A DNA stretch of 62,899 bases, counting the filler, from Welwitschia mirabilis (taxonomy: Eukaryota): the NCBI GenBank assembly GCA_051453625.1. It is 6 parts of one record of this genome, joined end to end, with 100 filler letters (N's around TTAATTAATTAA, not from the genome) between each part and the next. Parts side by side here need not be neighbours in the genome. Positions count along the whole stretch, not along the records: positions 29,427 to 43,547 come from JBOZIK010000001.1; positions 43,648 to 48,651 come from JBOZIK010000001.1; positions 48,752 to 55,108 come from JBOZIK010000001.1; 3 more parts are not named here. One strand, given 5' to 3'. The notes beneath the pieces were generated by a model, which was given only the letters and a program-made list of their open reading frames with translations, had not been told where the DNA came from and ran no database searches. This document shows, piece by piece, positions 38,040 to 51,700 of this stretch. Every line of letters begins with the position of its first letter. Position 1 is the stretch's first letter. Position numbers and translations under genes: made by a program.

Positions 38040-40720
38040 GTCTTCGCCTAGTTGTACAAGGACTTGAAGAGCTTCAACCCACAGATACTGACTCACACTA
38101 TTCCTCTCAAAGAGAGTATCAAACTCTTTCACCAGAGTCAAAGGAAAGTCAACCCAGTCTTAAAACCACTCATTGGAAAAGAAGTAAACAAGCTTTCGTA
38201 GTCAACCATCATCTACACTAGTAGACATACTACTTGGGAAGCTAATCTCATCCCCATCAAGAAGAAGAGCAAGGAGATTCATCTGTGCATGTACTTCTGT
38301 AATCTAAACAAGGCATCCATCAAAGACAACTATCCAACCCCAACTATCGAAAAGGTGCTGGAGAGTGAAGCCAAAGCAAAGATGTTTTCCTTCTTAGATG
38401 GCTTTTTTGACTATAATCACATATAGATGGCTACCTCAGACCGGATCAAGACCACCTTCATGATGAAGTGGGGCACATATGCTTACAGGAGGATGCCTTT
38501 TGACTTGATCAACACTGGAGCCACCTTTCAAAGGGGTATGGAGCACACCCTAGTTGGTCTAATTGGAAGATGCGTCGTTGTCTACCTGGATCACATGATG
38601 GTCTATTCAAACAGATGGGCTAACCATGTGGAGAACCACAGAAAGATGTTCTTACAATTTAGACAATTTAGAGTTTCCCTCAATCTGAAGAAAAGCATCA
38701 TTGCAATTTCCACCACTACGTTATGAGGATATCTTGTGTCGGATCAAGGCATTGAAGTAAACCCAGAGCAAATTCAAGTTATTTAAAAGATCCCTCTTCT
38801 AGGGACCCTCAAAAAGCTTTGATCTTTCTTAGGGAAGGATAATTTCATCAGATGCTTCATCCCCACCTTTGCAAAAATGGTGGCCCCCATCACACCACTT
38901 CTAAGGAAGAATGCCTCATTCACATAGTCTCCACAAGGCAAGAAGGCATTTGAGCTTTTCAAAAAGGCAGTAGTGGCATCCCCAAGACTCGCAAGTCCTG
39001 ATTTTTTAAAAGAATTCTTTATCTATGCTTGTGCTTCCAACAATACCACTGCAGTGGTTCTCACCTAGGGGACAAAAGATTTAGAAGGTGGGCATGCAGA
39101 ATACCCAGTGTCGTTTATTAATGAACCCTTTCGAGATATTGATCTATCCTACCATTATCTAGAAAAATAGGCCTTTGCCCTCATCAAGGCATTGAAGAGG
39201 TTTAAACATTACATTCTGAGAGCAAGGTAGGGGGTTCATCACCAAACCTGCAACAAAGGCTCTTCTAGAAGAAAGGAACTCTAATTTAAGGAGGCCCAAA
39301 GTTAGTCAAGGGAATGGGTTTGGCCAAAGATATTCTTGTGTCTCACTTTGAGGAGACAAAGGTGGTTGAGTCCCCTTTGTTCCCCACTATCTTCACCTAG
39401 TTCCTGAACAATCCGTAGTATACAAACATTTACCTCTATTTATCCGCTAGGTCTTCACTTCAGAATATTTCTATATCATACAGGAAAACCTATAGGGCGA
39501 CAGCGGTAAGATTCATTATAAAAAACTGAGTATTGTTCTAAAGAATTATAATGAAGTGTACCTAAGGTGCACTATTAGAGACGAAGTCTGTGAGTTGCTC
39601 CAAGAACTCCATGATCGGATCAATGGAGGACATACCTCCGCATACTTGTCGGTAGCACAAATAATGTGAGCTGGATATTGATTAAGGACACCTTCCAACA
39701 CGCCCAGTCCTGCGACATCTGCCACTGTTTTGTTCCAAGTGATCATAATCCTCCCTTACCTATTCTTCCTATTTTGGAAATGTGACACTTTGCTAAGTTG
39801 GCATTAGACTTTATTGGTAAAATCTATCCCTCCTCTTCCGCTAGCCATTCCTTTATTTTTAAAGCTACAAATTACTGCACACGTTGGATGGAGGTCGAGC
39901 CCACTTCGCACTTAAATACAAACACAATTATAGACTTCTTGGAAAGGTATGTTATTACCCATTTTGTACACCCCTATGCTCTGGTCCGTGACAATGGCAA
40001 GGCCTTCACATTCATCTAATTTGCAGAGTGATGCTATGATAATTGAATCTCTCTAAACATCTACACCAAACACTACCCCCAAGTGATTGGGTTGGCTAAG
40101 TCCTCCAACAAAATTCTATTAATGAGAATCAAGAAGACTATGATTGCAACATCTTCCCCCTCCCCCGTGGGGCGAGAGAAAAAACCTTTGAGTTTTGTGA
40201 AGGAATGGAGTCTTGCCATTCAGAAGAAGCCCCAAAACTGGCATACCCTCATAACGTATGCATTATGCACAGACAGGTTCATGAGACCAACCTCCAATCA
40301 AGCCCCTATTATCTAGTCTATGAGTAGAGGCCTTGCTTAGCGATTCAACTTCGCTTAGAGACTTATGACTTCATGCAGAGCCATTTGAGCCATCTAGAAG
40401 CTTTATTGGACAAGAAGTTGGCACTATTGGAATTGTAAGATAGGAACAAAGCTCCTCACACGATGCTAGTTTGATAAGAGGGCTACTCTTAAGAGGTTCC
40501 ACATTGGAGGCCCAGTCTGTGCCAAGAATAAAGCAGTGGAGGAGTTAGCAGGGTATCAAAAGTTTGCTCCTCTTTGGATAGGGCCATATCAGTTAGTCTT
40601 CTCTATGGGAGACAAAAACTACATAATAGCCAATCTACAAGGGAAAGAAGACTTCTAGATACCTATAACGGCTTCCATCTTAGCTATTACTTCAAAGCAC
40701 TCACAAGGATCTAACATATG
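38040..40720 (+). pseudogene. Tat-type gypsy pol: RT, RNase H, integrase, with no aRH between RH and INT
   Basis: VFA*LYKDLKSFNP; NLNKASIKDNYP; FLDGFFDYNHI; AYRRMPFDLINTGATFQR; VYLDH; RH YACAS; LDFIGKIYPSS..TNYCTRWME; APLWIGPYQ. Confidence 0.9.
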
Positions 40721-43647
40721 TAATAGTAGGTTGGCATTTGTAAATATATACATAGTCGAAGACTTTTGCTTTCAGTCGTTATAAGTTTTTCGAAGTTAGA
40801 TTCTTTTTTAAGTTAGTAGTGAATAAGACAAAGATATGGCAATAAAGGAAGTTTTCATACTAAAAAGAAGAAGAGAACTAGTACAAACAAAAGGGAAGGT
40901 CTCTCCTCCCACAAAATCAAACATCAAAGATGAAACTAGAAACGTGCAAGCATCTCCACTCTGCATACACAGGAAGACAATAGATGAAAGAGAGTTTCTC
41001 AAAAGCTCTGATCTAGTTTCTAAGAGAAACTACCCCCTGAATTAGCATACCAATCACCTGATCTCTCAGGAGGAGTTGGAGGGATTGGAACTCAGAGAAG
41101 CTCCACTAGGATCTTCTTCTTCTGCACTTGTTTTTCAAGCAATCATTAGAGACCCTTGGTAGTCTTTCTTGCCTTTCCAAGTTCCTCCTTCAAGTGCAAC
41201 ACCTTAGAATAGATCTTCCACTTCGACTAATAGGAACACTTCTCAACTACCTCCCTTAGCCTCTCCGCTTCCCTCCACATGGCCTCTACATCCCTTTCAG
41301 CCTCCTCTACCCTCCGCCTCATTTCTTCCACTTTAGACTAATACCCCTTAATCTCCTCTTGCTTTGCCTCCTCGTATTTCTTTTTTAGCTTGGAAAGGCC
41401 TACATAAGTGTCCTTACTGACATTACGGGACGTCTCCCTCTCCATTGAGAAGGAAAAGCTCTCCCTCCCTAAAAATAGACCAAAGGAAGCAAAGTTAGGA
41501 GACATGCTAGATAGATACCAAGAGATATCATTCTAAAGCAAAGGGAATTTACCTTAGAAGGAGAAGGCATAGTCCCCATTCTAGGTTCCTCCTCTTCCTC
41601 TAGCACGATTGTCTTTCCTTTACTACCCAACCCTGAGAATCCCAGGGAAGTATACGTCCCCTTTTTAAGAAGAGAATCTAAGCCCTAACCACATGTGATA
41701 AAGAAAGTGCTATCAATCAAAAGGTGTCAAGCAAAGAAGATGAGATGAAAGAAGATAGAAACATACCAAATAACTCCTTCAGAAGTTCCAAGTCTTCCTC
41801 ATCCAAGCCTAGATTTTTCACCTTCCCCTTTCCTTTAGAACAAGATGCCTTGGCTAGTGTATCCCCTTTCTCGTTCTTAAGAAAGGCCACCAACTAATCC
41901 TCCATCTTTTCCTTCATAGCTTTCCACTCCTCCTTCCTATCCATGATTTGAATGTAGAACCTCTCCATCCGAGTTCCCTTTGTATAAAGCCATACCTAAG
42001 GAGGTGTTCTCACTTAGAGTAGCATCTCCGTCTTCGAGAAGAGAGAGAATATTCTAGTGGACCAACAAACTGGCATACTGCACCTGCATGGTGTGGATAT
42101 AGAAAGAAGCCACAAATCTCACTTTCTCATTTTTCTGGCAATGAGTTAATATGGCTTTCACTTTATCTCTAAGGTACTTAGCCTAGGCAAAAGACATCCC
42201 GTGGGTGGCCACTTTGCACATGGCCTTAAATGTGACATGGGGGACATGGGCCCCCTTATTCAACAACAGACGACGAGAATAAGCAAACACATGCATTGAA
42301 CAAACTGGCTTCTAGAAGAGATACACCAAAATACCCTTATCACTCTTCAGGGCCTCAGCAAAGACATCAGGATGCCTTCATTCTTCCAAAAGCGCAAGCA
42401 GGTTCTTACTAGCAGAAAGACGAAAAGGACGTACATTTAGATGGTCCCTCGAAAGAAGATCGAACATTTGCCCGATGCCCTCTACAAATACTGGAATTCG
42501 GATGTGGAGTGGCCTTAGAGTCTTCTGATTATACATAGCTAGGAACCAACTCTTCTTTTGAGTTGGGTCCTAGCTAAAACTAATGTCCTCAATTTGGTAA
42601 GGGAAAACCTTGAAGATTGGAAAATATATTAGCTCATACAGCCCTAATTACTTTAGGCTCAGCTCTAACCCTTCATCATTCCTTATCAGTTGGAATAGGG
42701 AAAAGTAACCAATGGTTCCATACTTTCGTTGACTCTTCCTCCCAACCTGTCACCCACTAGTACAAATGCACGATGGTGGGAGTCACTCCTATTGGTTCTG
42801 AAAAGCAACAAGATTCCGTCATTCCCTATTCTATGAAAGAGAGGAGAAAGCTAATTGGTCAAAAAGAAAAGAGGAGTATTGACTTACCCATAGGAGTGGA
42901 AGGAGGAGTATAAGGTAACCCTTTTATAACTTTGGAAGAGGGCCCCACTTTGGAAGCAGACCTACTTGGTTGATTGGTCGTTACAACAAACAAACAGAAG
43001 CAACTGCTCGTAAGACTTCGAGTTTGAAACAACATGCCAAGTATAAAGGGTTGAAGCATGGACCTCCCTCTTTTTGTAATCATAGAAGAAGGGTTTCCAC
43101 TTTTCCCAATTGGGTCTGTAAAAGGTGTGCAAAAGTAAGATGAAGAATGATATTAACCGATGTGATTATACCTAGGAATCTTTGAAAAAGCTACCTTTTA
43201 CTTATTAGAACTTAGAAGTCAATGTTAGGTGATATTTCACTCAGGAAAATGTGCCTACCATGAATATTCTGCCCTTGATTGTAGTTGAATTAACTCCGAT
43301 TAACCCTATCCTTCATCTAATACAACCATCCACTAATCATTTTTCCCCCCTCCACCATAGATATCTGGAGGTGGGCAAGTGTTGGACGCTAACTCGACCG
43401 CTGGCGCCTGAAGGATCCTTCACTCCTCTTCCTCCGTTTTCTTCTTCTCCTCTCCCCTCCTCCTTACCTTTCTTCCTTCCCCTACCTTTCGTCCCCCCTT
43501 TTCCTCCCCTCATCCCCACGGTATGGTATCTCACCTAGATCCATGCCNNNNNNNNNNNNNNNNNNNNNNNNNNNNNNNNNNNNNNNNNNNNTTAATTAAT
43601 TAANNNNNNNNNNNNNNNNNNNNNNNNNNNNNNNNNNNNNNNNNNNN

Positions 43648-46600
43648 AACATTTGAATTAGGAGAGAATCCATATAAATCCTTATGTAAGAGCCTATGAA
43701 ATTTAATAGAACATTAGCATATGCAGAAAATTTTAAGCATTTAAGATCAGTAGTAATCCATCCATTAGCTTACTTATTCTTAATCATAAACTTGTGCAAA
43801 TATTATTTTGAAAAGAAGATAAAAACAAATTGGAAAATCCATGGTATTTTTAAGTTGGTTCCAATCATATAGAAGTTTTATCTTCTTATTTCAGGATTGG
43901 GTCTTGGTTAGTAGATGAACATGATGATGCACTGGTTAGTTCATTGAGTTGTTAAGAGGAATTCTCATCAGATGGATCACAAATTGATTTTTTGCTAATG
44001 TTTTCTTTGTCATTAACATCGCTATCAGGTTTCCTTCTTATGTGTTGGCTTAAGTGACAATTATTGTAGTTCAGTGTTATTTTAATTGATGTCACTTAAT
44101 GGATCATCCTTGGTTGTAGAAATTTCTAAGATATATTCTTCCTCACATGGTTTTTTATCTTTTGATTCACCCTCTCATGTATTCAACCCTATTCTAAAGT
44201 ATAATTATCTTGTAAATAACTAATCTTTTACTAATACATCCTTAAATTTAAAATCCTTATGAATTGCCTCATTAGTTTCTTTCTTATTATTAGTTTCAAT
44301 ATCATTAATTCATTCAAAAGTTTCAAGGCTCTTGGATCTTTTTATTAAAGGAAGATCTTCTTTTCATTGATTGAGGATTTCCATGATTTAAGTATTAGTT
44401 TGGTCAATTTGTTAGATGATTTGGATTTGGGTTTGAAAACTTTGTTCAAGATTATTTACGAAGTGTGTTACTTAAAAATTATTTCATGGTCTTGGTTAAT
44501 TTGATTTTGGACATCCATAAAACTTTTTAATCTCTCCTCAAATGAAATGGATGAAGTTGGTTGTTGCATAAATGAATATGGATGGTAAGGATTAAATGGC
44601 AAAGGATAAGAGTTATGAGATGTAATGAAAAGTATGGGATCAAAATCTTGCTGAAAATAGGGTGTTTCAAATTCAGGTTAAAGAGTTTAATTAGTATGTG
44701 GAGGGTATTGGTTATGTAAATAAAAAAATGAGGCTAATGGATAAGGGTTGTTGTGATTGTTTTGAATGAAATCCTCTTATATTTTCTTAAGCCAAATGTA
44801 ATCTTCTATAAATTTTAATTGATCATAATTATATGTGTTATAGGGATTACCATAGTTTCCATAGGCAAAATGGGGTTAAATAGATATTTCAAATGGATTA
44901 TACACCCAACTCATGTTAAAATGTTTTTTTAGAAAATTGTCTATGAAATTAGTTAAGAGGTCGACATTTTCCTAAATGTTTAAGTTTTCATAGGGACCTA
45001 TTATTAAAACTGTTTTACTAAGTTGAGAAAAGAGGTTCTACAACATTTGAGAGATTTATATGCAAAATGGCTAGCAATGCTAGTTGGGGAATGTGGCAAC
45101 ACAATTTAAATGAGACTTTTAGTTTTAAAAAACTATAAAACTTTACAAATATCTCACAGATTAAATAATGTTACATAGTCATTGAAAAAGCAAAATAAAA
45201 ATAAAAATAGAAATATACATGAATTCATGCTTAATAAAAATTAATTAAAATTTTTTGGATTTTTATTTTTATTTTTATTTTTTAATAGCGAGTTTATACA
45301 AAAAACTAGAATTAAAAATGAAAGGAAATTAAAATCACATAAAGTGATTTAATTTTTAGTTTTCTTAATCCTTGAATACAACCTGCAAAAACATTGTTAG
45401 ACCTACAATCAAATTAGATTAGAGTAAATAAACTAAAGAGAGACTCAAAACCAAACTAGCTCAGATATCACTGGAATGAAACATGACAACACCATATTTG
45501 TTATGTGGATTTAAGATATGGCTATGTGGCATGCACAATTAGGGTTATACATATAAAAATTATTTCATGGTCTTGGTTAATTTGATTTTAGACAACCATA
45601 AAACTTTTTACTCTCTCCTTAAATGAAATAGATGAAGTTGGTTGTTACATAAATGAATTTTGATGGTAAGGATTAAATGGTAAAGAATAAGAGTTATGAG
45701 GTGTAATAGAAAGTATGGGATCAAATTCTTGTTGAAAATAGGGTGTTTCAAATCCAGGTTAAAGATTTTATTTAGTATGTGGAGGGTATTGGTTAGGTAA
45801 ATAAGAAAATAAGGCTGATGGATAAGGGTTATTGTGATTGTATTGAATGAAATCCTCTACGATTTTATTGGGCTAAATGTAATCTTCTATAGATTTAGGT
45901 TGATCATAATTATGTGTGTTATAGGGATTACTATAGTTTTCATAGGTAAAGTGGGGTTCAATAGGTATTTCAAATGGATTGTACACCCAACTCATGTTAA
46001 AATGTTTTTTAGAAAATGGTCTGTGAAATTAGCTAAGAGGTCCTCATTTTCCTAAATGTTTAAGTTTTCATAGGGACCTATTATTAAAAATGTTTTACTA
46101 GGTTGAGAAGATACATTCTACAACATTTGAGAGATTTCTATGTAAAATGGCTAGTAATTCCAGTTAGGGAATGTGGCAACATTAGTTTAAATGAGACTAT
46201 TAGTTTAAAAAAATAAAACTTTGTAAATATCTCATAGATCAAATAATCTTACATAGTCATTAAAAAATCAAAATAGAAATTAAAAAAAATATACATGAAT
46301 TCATGCTTAATAAAAATTAATTAAAATTTTTAAGATTGTTAGGTTTTTTTTTTTTTTTTTAAAATATTGAGCTTAAACAAAAAACTAGAATTAAAAATGC
46401 AAGGAAATTAAAATCACACAAATTGAGTTAATTTTTAGTTTTCTTACTTCTTAACTACAAGTTGCAAAAACATTGTTAGACCTATAACCAAATCAGATTA
46501 GAGTAAATAAACTAAAAAAAAGTCAAAACCAAACCGGTTCAGATATCATTAGAATTACTAGCATCAACCAATAAAAAGAAAAATAAACAAACACATAAAA

Positions 46601-46847
46601 TAAAGGAAACATAAGCCAATTTAGATATCACTAAAAAGAACCCATACTCACTCTTAGAAAAATAAAATTTAACTAAAAGCTTATAAAAAAGAAAATATTA
46701 TGCTCTTTCCTAGTAGCTATCATACTATTATCCCTGGTAATAGTGCCAAAATGTGATTGTAGCTTATAGTGATCTAGATTTAAAAATAAGTTAGAAACTT
46801 AGTTATCATTATTAAATAAGTATAATTAGGGTTAAATAAATAGAAAT
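43648..46847 (-). mobile_element. Athila-like element remnant (LTR end, PBS, leader, decayed gag-like region)
   Basis: PBS-like TGGCACTATTACCAGGGA (46731-46748 reverse) resembling the Athila tRNA-Asp PBS TGGCGCCGTTGCCGGGGA; AT-rich leader; cut by SIRE D LTR. Confidence 0.55.
44473..46556. repeat. ~1-kb direct tandem duplication (44473-45477 and 45554-46556)
   Basis: Both copies start TAAAAATTATTTCATGGTCTTGG and end CAGATATCAYTRGAAT, colinear with scattered substitutions. Confidence 0.92.
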
Positions 46848-48474
46848 TGATAGGATCAAGAACCCTAGAGAGGTGGGGGAGGGGTGTGAATAGGTTTTTT
46901 AAAAAAATGTAACACAAACTTGCATACAATAATTAACTAATTCAAAATGTGTATGGAAAAAGAAAATAATGGAAGCAAAGGAATAACGACTAAAAGCAAA
47001 AAAAACAAAATGGATAGAAGCTAGATTTATAGTGGTTCAAAAACCTCCTACTCCACTCTTAACGATTAGCTTATTCCCAGGNNNNNNNNNNGGCTAGATC
47101 TCAGATCTTTGTTACTTCACTAGGTATTCTAGGTTCACCTGTAACCTTTACAAATGGACTTTTGCAGGCTTAGTCTTAACCTTTGAATGGACTTTTTAAG
47201 ATTTAGTCTCAACCTTTGAATGTAGTTTTCAAGGCTTAGTCTTAACCTTTGAACAGACTTTTCAAGGCTTAGTCTTAACCTTTTACAAAGCAAAGTAGTG
47301 ATGAAATGATACCAACAGAGCATGGATATAACTCATTCTTGATTCAATGGATTTATTGAAGCTATTCTCCTATAAATGTAAAATAAATGAAGCTCTAGAT
47401 CTGATCTTGAATGTAGAGATGATACTAATGGTAGATCTTCTTTGGTCAGAAGTATGGATGCCAAGATACAACAGTGAAAGTCATAAGATTACAATGCTTA
47501 ATCCTTCAAATCTAATAGATTCATCTAAATGAAGATAGTTTCAAAAAATTCTTTGGTTATCTATTTCTTAGCTATTTATATTAGAAGGATTTTAGGGTTT
47601 ATAATATTAGAAATGTGCTTCCAATGGCTATAAATGACTAGAAAATGGCTACCTAATGGCTACATAATGAATACATAATGATTAGAAAATTTTACTTCTA
47701 TTTCATCCAGTTGACCCTTAAAAAGTCTAGTTGACTTCATCTGGTATCATGACTTACACAGGTCGCCCAAGTAAGAATTTTGGTTGCTTCAAATTCTTAT
47801 GGCTCCATGTATAATCGACTCCATCTAGGTCCAGTTGATCCCAATTTGGCCATTTGCTACATTATCTAATCACCCAATTCTCCTAATAAAATTCTTTCTG
47901 GTTTTCAGCATCAAGTCCAGTTGACCCCTTCATGTGTCTGGTTGACTCCATGATGATTGACTCAAGCGGATCAGCTACATAGTGCTTAGGTCCAGTCGAC
48001 CCCATCATAGGTCTAGTTGACCCCTTAATAATCAGTTTAGGAGTACTGTTCCTTGGGTCATAGATCCGATTAGCCTTATCATAGGTCTAGTCAAACCCTT
48101 ATCATCCAGTCTAGGGATACTATTTAACCAGTCTTCAAATCCAGTCAACCCCATAAAGGTCTAGTTAACACCTTGCCATTCAGTTCAAGGACACTGGTTC
48201 TCAAGGTTACAAGTTTAATTAACACCATCAAAAATTCGGTCACCCCTTTGGATGTAATTCATTTTCTATTTATTTCAGTTGCATTTAACCCCTTGAAAAT
48301 TTGGTCAACCCCTTAAGAGGGTAAAAGAACTGACAAGTTTCTAGTACTCAGTAATTGATGGTTTCAGTTTCATCTTTCAACCTATAAGTAATTAAGATCN
48401 NNTACATAAGATACATAAAATTTGCTATATAGAAAACATTAGTTTGACATCAATTGGCAAAACATAATCTAACA
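46848..48474 (-). repeat. 3' LTR of element D, with a 33-bp tandem array (47156-47284)
   Basis: TGATAGG...CTAACA; unit GACTTTTCAAGGCTTAGTCTTAACCTTTGAATG x4, also at ~56689-56817. Confidence 0.88.
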
Positions 48475-48751
48475 ATCTCCCCCTTTGACATTAATGGCAA
48501 ATAATACTTAGTTGTTGAAAATTAGAACTTTAGAAAAGCTCCCCCTTGTAAAATGCCTATTGCAAATTAAAACTCCTTTTGAAACAAGTTAAGACATTTT
48601 GAACAACCAAATTTTGTGCTTTAAATAAAACAATTTAATATGCATATTTAANNNNNNNNNNNNNNNNNNNNNNNNNNNNNNNNNNNNNNNNNNNNTTAAT
48701 TAATTAANNNNNNNNNNNNNNNNNNNNNNNNNNNNNNNNNNNNNNNNNNNN

Positions 48752-51700
48752 CAAATCCTATAAGGGAATTTACAACTACCTTGGAGAAATATATAAAAAT
48801 TATTTTAGATGCTAAAAATGCCTCTGAAAAAAATGTTGTGGAAAACTGTGATTTATGTGAGGACAACTATCATGTCACTAAAAATCATCCTCTTCTACCA
48901 ACTTATAAGGAAAGGATTTGTGAGGAAGTTTTTTCTTTTAATCAATCATCTCAAAACTTCCAAAACCAAAATCAAGCACAACCAAGGTTGAACACATATT
49001 TGCAAAACAATCCTCAACCTTTCAGAAACTGACTTGAAAACACATATTACCAATCAAGTTCGTCTAACTTTCAACATTCAAATAATCAACTTGTAAAATA
49101 TATAGATGAAATGAGAAGAACTCAAGAGGCAAAAAATGCCAAAATAGACAACTTGATAAATGTCCTTCAATAACCTTTATTGGCAAACCAAAGACCTCAA
49201 GGAACTTTACCTACACAACCTTTTGTCTAATCTAAATGAACTAAGAAGAGACTGCAAGATTGTAATAAGAAGTGGATAAGAAACAAATCCTCCTCCATGT
49301 GAACCTTTCATTTCCCATAATAATTATGATGAAGAAGAAAAGGACATTGAGATTTTAGATGAGTACAACTTCTCTTCTCTTGGTAAGAAAAAAAAGAAAA
49401 GTTCTTATACCCCTTGGCTTGATAGGCTTAACAACAACTCCACTTTCAATGAACATCTTAAATTCTTAATGAAGAATGTAAGAATAAGTCTTTCTTTTTA
49501 AAATGTTTTACAAGAAAATTTAGGTTATGAAAAACTATGGAAAGACTTAACTAGAAGAAAATAAAAGTAAGTCATTCCTAGTGAGGTCATTTTTATTTAA
49601 TTCCTTAGGAGCTTAGTATTACAAAAATCACCAAAATTTAAAGAACTAAGAGCAGAAATGATGAATGTCATAGTAGAGGGAAATAAAAAGATAAGGAGAG
49701 TATTGATTGACATTAGAGCAAGTGTTAATATTATGTCATTTCACATTTGTAAGAGGCTTGGTTTGAAAAATAGAATAAATGGTACTCTGGTTCTCTTAGA
49801 ATTAGAAGATACGTATGTTAATAAATCAATAGGAATCATTAAAGATTTGACAATTTAAATAAAGGAGGCTTGCTACCCNNNNNNNNNNNNNNNNNNNNNN
49901 NNNNNNNNNNNNNNNNNNNNNNNNNNNNNNNNNNNNNNNNNNNNNNNNNNNNNNNNNNNNNNNNNNNNNNNNNNNNNNNNNNNNNNNNNNNNNNNNNNNN
50001 NNNNNNNNNNNNNNNNNNNNNNNNNNNNNNNNNNNNNNNNNNNNNNNNNNNNNNNNNATGATGAGATGAACATTAAAAATAATGTCAAATCCACTTTATT
50101 TTTGCAACATCACCCACTTAAAAAAAAAGAGATGGAATCAAGTGAGCATGTGCTTTGTGATGATCAACTTAAGAAAGAAGAAGAAAAGAAACCTTGTGGA
50201 TATAAGAAAGTCCAACTTATCAAGAAAAATCATAAGGAAGATTGTTCATTTTATAAGACAAAAGGTAAAAATCATAGAATGAATTTAAAAAAGAAAAATG
50301 TTTTCATTGGATATAAAGGTAATTTTCTTTGTAATGTTCCTCTTGTATTTTATGAAAATCTTTCATCCAAGTTACCTTTTCTCTCCCCTTTGACTTCCAA
50401 AATCTGTACTTTGATATGGCATCATAAAGTACTCTCTATTATTCGTCTCTTCATCTAATTGATTTTACATAAAAATAATTGCACATCTCTTATGTTTTAT
50501 CAATTGATAAATTTCTAATTTGGGCCATACTTCTCTAAAAAACTTGAGACCACAACAGATCATTGATTTTTCTTTTCTTTATTTTCAAAAAAAGTGTGTT
50601 TTAGATTTAGGAATTGAATAAAAGTTTACTTGCTTTGTTGTTTTCTTTTCAGTTTTTGGTTTTTAGAGTTTCTGTTTTTATTTTCTGTTCTCTATTTTGT
50701 TTCTAGTTTTCTAATTCCTATTTTTGCAAAAATAATTGGTCATCTTATCTATCATTCCCACGACAATGTGGAGAATAATCACTTTTTCTAGTTTTTCTAT
50801 TATTTTCTATGTTTTGTTTTCTTTTCTTGTATATGTAATCCTCTCTATCATCTAAAGGGCGAACAAGACAATAGTCAATAAATTATTAATTTTTGCTTTC
50901 TATTATTTGAGNNNNNNNNNNNNNNNNNNNNNNNNNNNNNNNNNNNNNNNNNNNNNNNNNNNNNNNNNNNNNNNNNNNNNNNNNNNNNNNNNNNNNNNNN
51001 NNNNNNNNNNNNNNNNNNNNNNNNNNNNNNNNNNNNNNNNNNNNNNNNNNNNNNNNNNNNNNNNNNNNNNNNNNNNNNNNNNNNNNNNNNNNNNNNNNNN
51101 NNNNNNNNNNNNNNNNNNNNNNNNNNNNNNNNNNNNNNNNNNNNNNNNNNNNNNNNNNNNNNNNNNNNNNNNNNNNNNNNNNNNNNNNNNNNNNNNNNNN
51201 NNNNNNNNNNNNNNNNNNNNNNNNNNNNNNNNNNNNNNNNNNNNNNNNNNNNNNNNNNNNNNNNNNNNNNNNNNNNNNNNNNNNNNNNNNNNNNNNNNNN
51301 NNNNNNNNNNNNNNNNNNNNNNNNNNNNNNNNNNNNNNNNNNNNNNNNNNNNNNNNNNNNNNNNNNNNNNNNNNNNNNNNNNNNNNNNNNNNNNNNNNNN
51401 NNNNNNNNNNNNNNNNNNNNNNNNNNNNNNNNNNNNNNNNNNNNNNNNNNNNNNNNNNNNNNNNNNNNNNNNNNNNNNNNNNNNNNNNNNNNNNNNNNNN
51501 NNNNNNNNNNNNNNNNNNNNNNNNNNNNTGTTTTCTGTTTTTTTGAAAAAATACATTTTTATGACTCTGTTGAGATTTCTGACTTGGCTGCTTGAGAATT
51601 TTAGGAAATCGATGGATAAAATTTATAATTACACAAGCAAACCATCTGAATTTTCTCTTAGCTTCTTTCTCTGAAAGATTATTATGGCATCACTTGATCA

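Noticed and set aside
47156-47284. Regularly spaced repeats (also 59218-59400) resembling a CRISPR-like array
   Set aside because: Simple tandem units without unique spacers, inside retrotransposon LTR/leader, eukaryotic context, no cas genes
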